Positions 62,218 through 64,000 of a stretch of 64,000 nucleotides of DNA are shown one piece after another (position 1 is the first letter of the stretch; each line of letters begins with the position of its first letter). This DNA comes from an uncultured Phycisphaerales bacterium (GTDB lineage: Bacteria; Planctomycetota; Phycisphaerae; Tepidisphaerales; Tepidisphaeraceae). The notes under the pieces are model-generated. The model did not search any database and had not been told where the DNA came from. It was given only the letters and a program-made list of their open reading frames with translations. The stretch lies in the NCBI GenBank assembly GCA_963755915.1, contig CAVWLP010000002.1, positions 4,608,001 to 4,672,000 on the forward strand, read 5' to 3'. Made by a program: the position numbers and the translations under genes.

Positions 62218-63140
62218 GGATTCATTCCCTTTCGATGGTGGTCACTTTGAATTTGCGCCGGGGGCATTCGGGACTTGATTCCCTTCATGCCCACGTCCTG
62301 TCCCACGAAAATCAGGACTTCCTCAAAACGCTGGTTGGGTCCGTCGCGGGTGAGAAACCGGCTGCCGAAACGATTCGGGTCTTCGGTCGCGGTGGAAGTT
62401 CCCACGACCAGAAATTCACCGGGGTGGATATCCACCGACCAGTGCAAATTGTAGTAGTTCTCGCGCTCGAGATATTTCACCGAGGGTGGATCGTCGGCAA
62501 GCGAATAATCGCGCCGCGTGCGCCACGCCTTGACGACGGGGCAAATGGTAAGACGCACCGTTTGCGGCTGCCGGGGGGCCCACTGAAAGGCCGTGGAGAG
62601 GAAATTCTGGCAATTGCTGTACGAGCGCATCGTCAGGCCGTGATCGTCGTAGATGAACAGAAGCTCCTCGGGAAGGATGTCCGACATATCGATCAGCGCG
62701 TCCTCAAAGTTAGGCTCGGCCGTGTACTCGGTTTTGCGCAGCTTGATGGCGGATTCATGGATGAGAATAGAAAGGAAATCCGGCCAGTCCGCCATTCGCG
62801 CCCGCCCGACGTGCAGGCCATTGTTGTGCATGTTGATATTTGTGCCCACATCGACGACGTCTTCGTCGACGAGCTTCCAGAAAGAATCGTCGCGGCTGTT
62901 CGCCCCATAGGGCATCTGAAGCTGATACATGGTCACATGGATGACGCCCGCGCTGGTAAGCATCGGATTGGCCTGCGTGACGGCTGGTGGCGCAGCGTCG
63001 CCTTTAATCACATTCTGGCTCTGCGCCGGAACCGGCGGTTGTGGCGGGGGCGCCTGCGGCGCGGTCGGCGGCGGTGTAGGCGTGCAGGCGGCCAGAGCCA
63101 GGAGCAGAACAGAACCGTAAATGGCCGATCGAAACTGCAT
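62139..63140 (-). CDS. Hypothetical lipoprotein (true stop probably ~62245)
   Basis: LAAC lipobox, Pro-rich linker; 3' overlap with the next gene suggests an indel. Confidence 0.65.
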   Translation of the reverse strand: MQFRSAIYGSVLLLALAACTPTPPPTAPQAPPPQPPVPAQSQNVIKGDAAPPAVTQANPMLTSAGVIHVTMYQLQMPYGANSRDDSFWKLVDEDVVDVGTNINMHNNGLHVGRARMADWPDFLSILIHESAIKLRKTEYTAEPNFEDALIDMSDILPEELLFIYDDHGLTMRSYSNCQNFLSTAFQWAPRQPQTVRLTICPVVKAWRTRRDYSLADDPPSVKYLERENYYNLHWSVDIHPGEFLVVGTSTATEDPNRFGSRFLTRDGPNQRFEEVLIFVGQDVGMKGIKSRMPPAQIQSDHHRKGMNPCPRHVISGCKATVFATSRTTRRLPR

Positions 63141-63142
63141 GG

Positions 63143-64000
63143 TTAGAGACCTTCGATGGTTTTCACGAGCGCGTCCAGGCCGCGGTCCCACTGCTGGGAA
63201 GTAATCGTCAGCGCGGGGGCGAGACGGATTACCTTCTGCGCGGTCAGGTTGATTATGATGCCATTCGCAAGGCCGCGTTCAACTAATTTCTGCGGCGGAT
63301 TTTCAGCTCCACGCCCAGCATGAGCCCGCGGCCGCGCACCTCATGAATCTTGTCCTTGAGCGTTTTTTCGCCGCGAAGTTGCGCGATCGCGTGCTCGCCG
63401 AGAGCGGCAGCGTGGGCCAGAAGGTTTTCCCGCTCGATGACGTCGAAGATTGTCCGGGCGACGGACATGCAGACCGGGTTCCCCCCGAGGGTGCACCCAT
63501 GACGGCCGGGGACGAGAAATTTCGCCGTTTCAGGCTTGGCAAACATCGCCCCGACGGGCAAACCGCCCCCGACGGCTTTGCCGAGCGTGAGGATATCAGG
63601 CTCGATGGTTTTTCCCGCCGAGAGAAAATGCTGATAGCCGAACCAGCGTCCGGTTCGTCCGCAGCCGGTCCAGACCTCGTCGAAGATAAGCGTCAGCGAT
63701 TTCTCGTCGCAAACCTTTCGCACGGCCGCGGGAAAATCCGGCGGATAAAGATTGACGCCCCCCTCCCCCTGGATCGGCTCCATGATGATACCGGCCGTCT
63801 CGGCGTCGATGGCTGTTTCCAGGGCGGAAATATCACCGGCATTAACGTGTACAAATCCGGGGACTTCCGGGCCGAAACCCTGCGAGACAGCGGGATTCGC
63901 CGTGGCCGCGATCATCGCCAGCGAGCGGCCGTGAAAGCTCTTGTTCAGGGAGATAATTTTCCAGCGCTTGGGAGAAGATTCCTGTCCGCGCAGTCGTGCC
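63143..64000 (-). CDS. argD: Acetylornithine aminotransferase (5'-truncated by window; frameshift ~63295)
   Basis: 'SFHGR', 'EPIQGEGG', 'DEVWTGCGRTG', 'LGKAVGGG', 'VRGRGLM'; alternate frame 'VIRLAPAL'. Confidence 0.9.

Noticed and set aside
6679-64000. Mass pseudogenisation or programmed frameshifting (about 20 split genes, including ndk, cysH, argD, fliM)
   Set aside because: All are single-base shifts; I saw no in-frame nonsense codons or shared slippery motif, and both halves stay conserved. This fits long-read indel errors; polishing or read inspection would confirm.

Overview
GC-rich bacterial chromosomal segment. A Planctomycetota origin (possibly Phycisphaerae/Tepidisphaerales) is inferred from gene content such as DUF1570-like, YukD+FHA, PEP-CTERM and the intergenic repeat style. 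Housekeeping genes (glyQS, rpsT, murA, holA, tag, ndk, fliM, argD) are mixed with a glycosyltransferase/ABC cluster (2.3-9.3 kb), surface-modification genes (18.7-25.3 kb), a sulfur/cysteine operon (33.8-40.4 kb), two PEP-CTERM proteins, a tandem SPFH pair, a rhaT/isomerase/AraC sugar locus, a small decayed low-GC island (53.5-54.5 kb) and a ubiquitin-like YukD + FHA membrane protein pair. About 20 genes carry single-base frameshifts, most likely long-read assembly indels; I rejoined them by reading the alternate frames. Best-supported highlight: a complete endonuclease-less group II intron (14880-16852, minus strand) sits exactly inside a dispersed REP-like palindrome, with an EBS1 candidate complementary to the repeat core. 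Other highlights are a compositionally foreign insertion in GlyRS, a catalytically degenerate DUF3524/QTMAN-like protein, and a conserved ~57-bp non-coding motif present twice. All family assignments come from motif recognition by eye, not from database searches.
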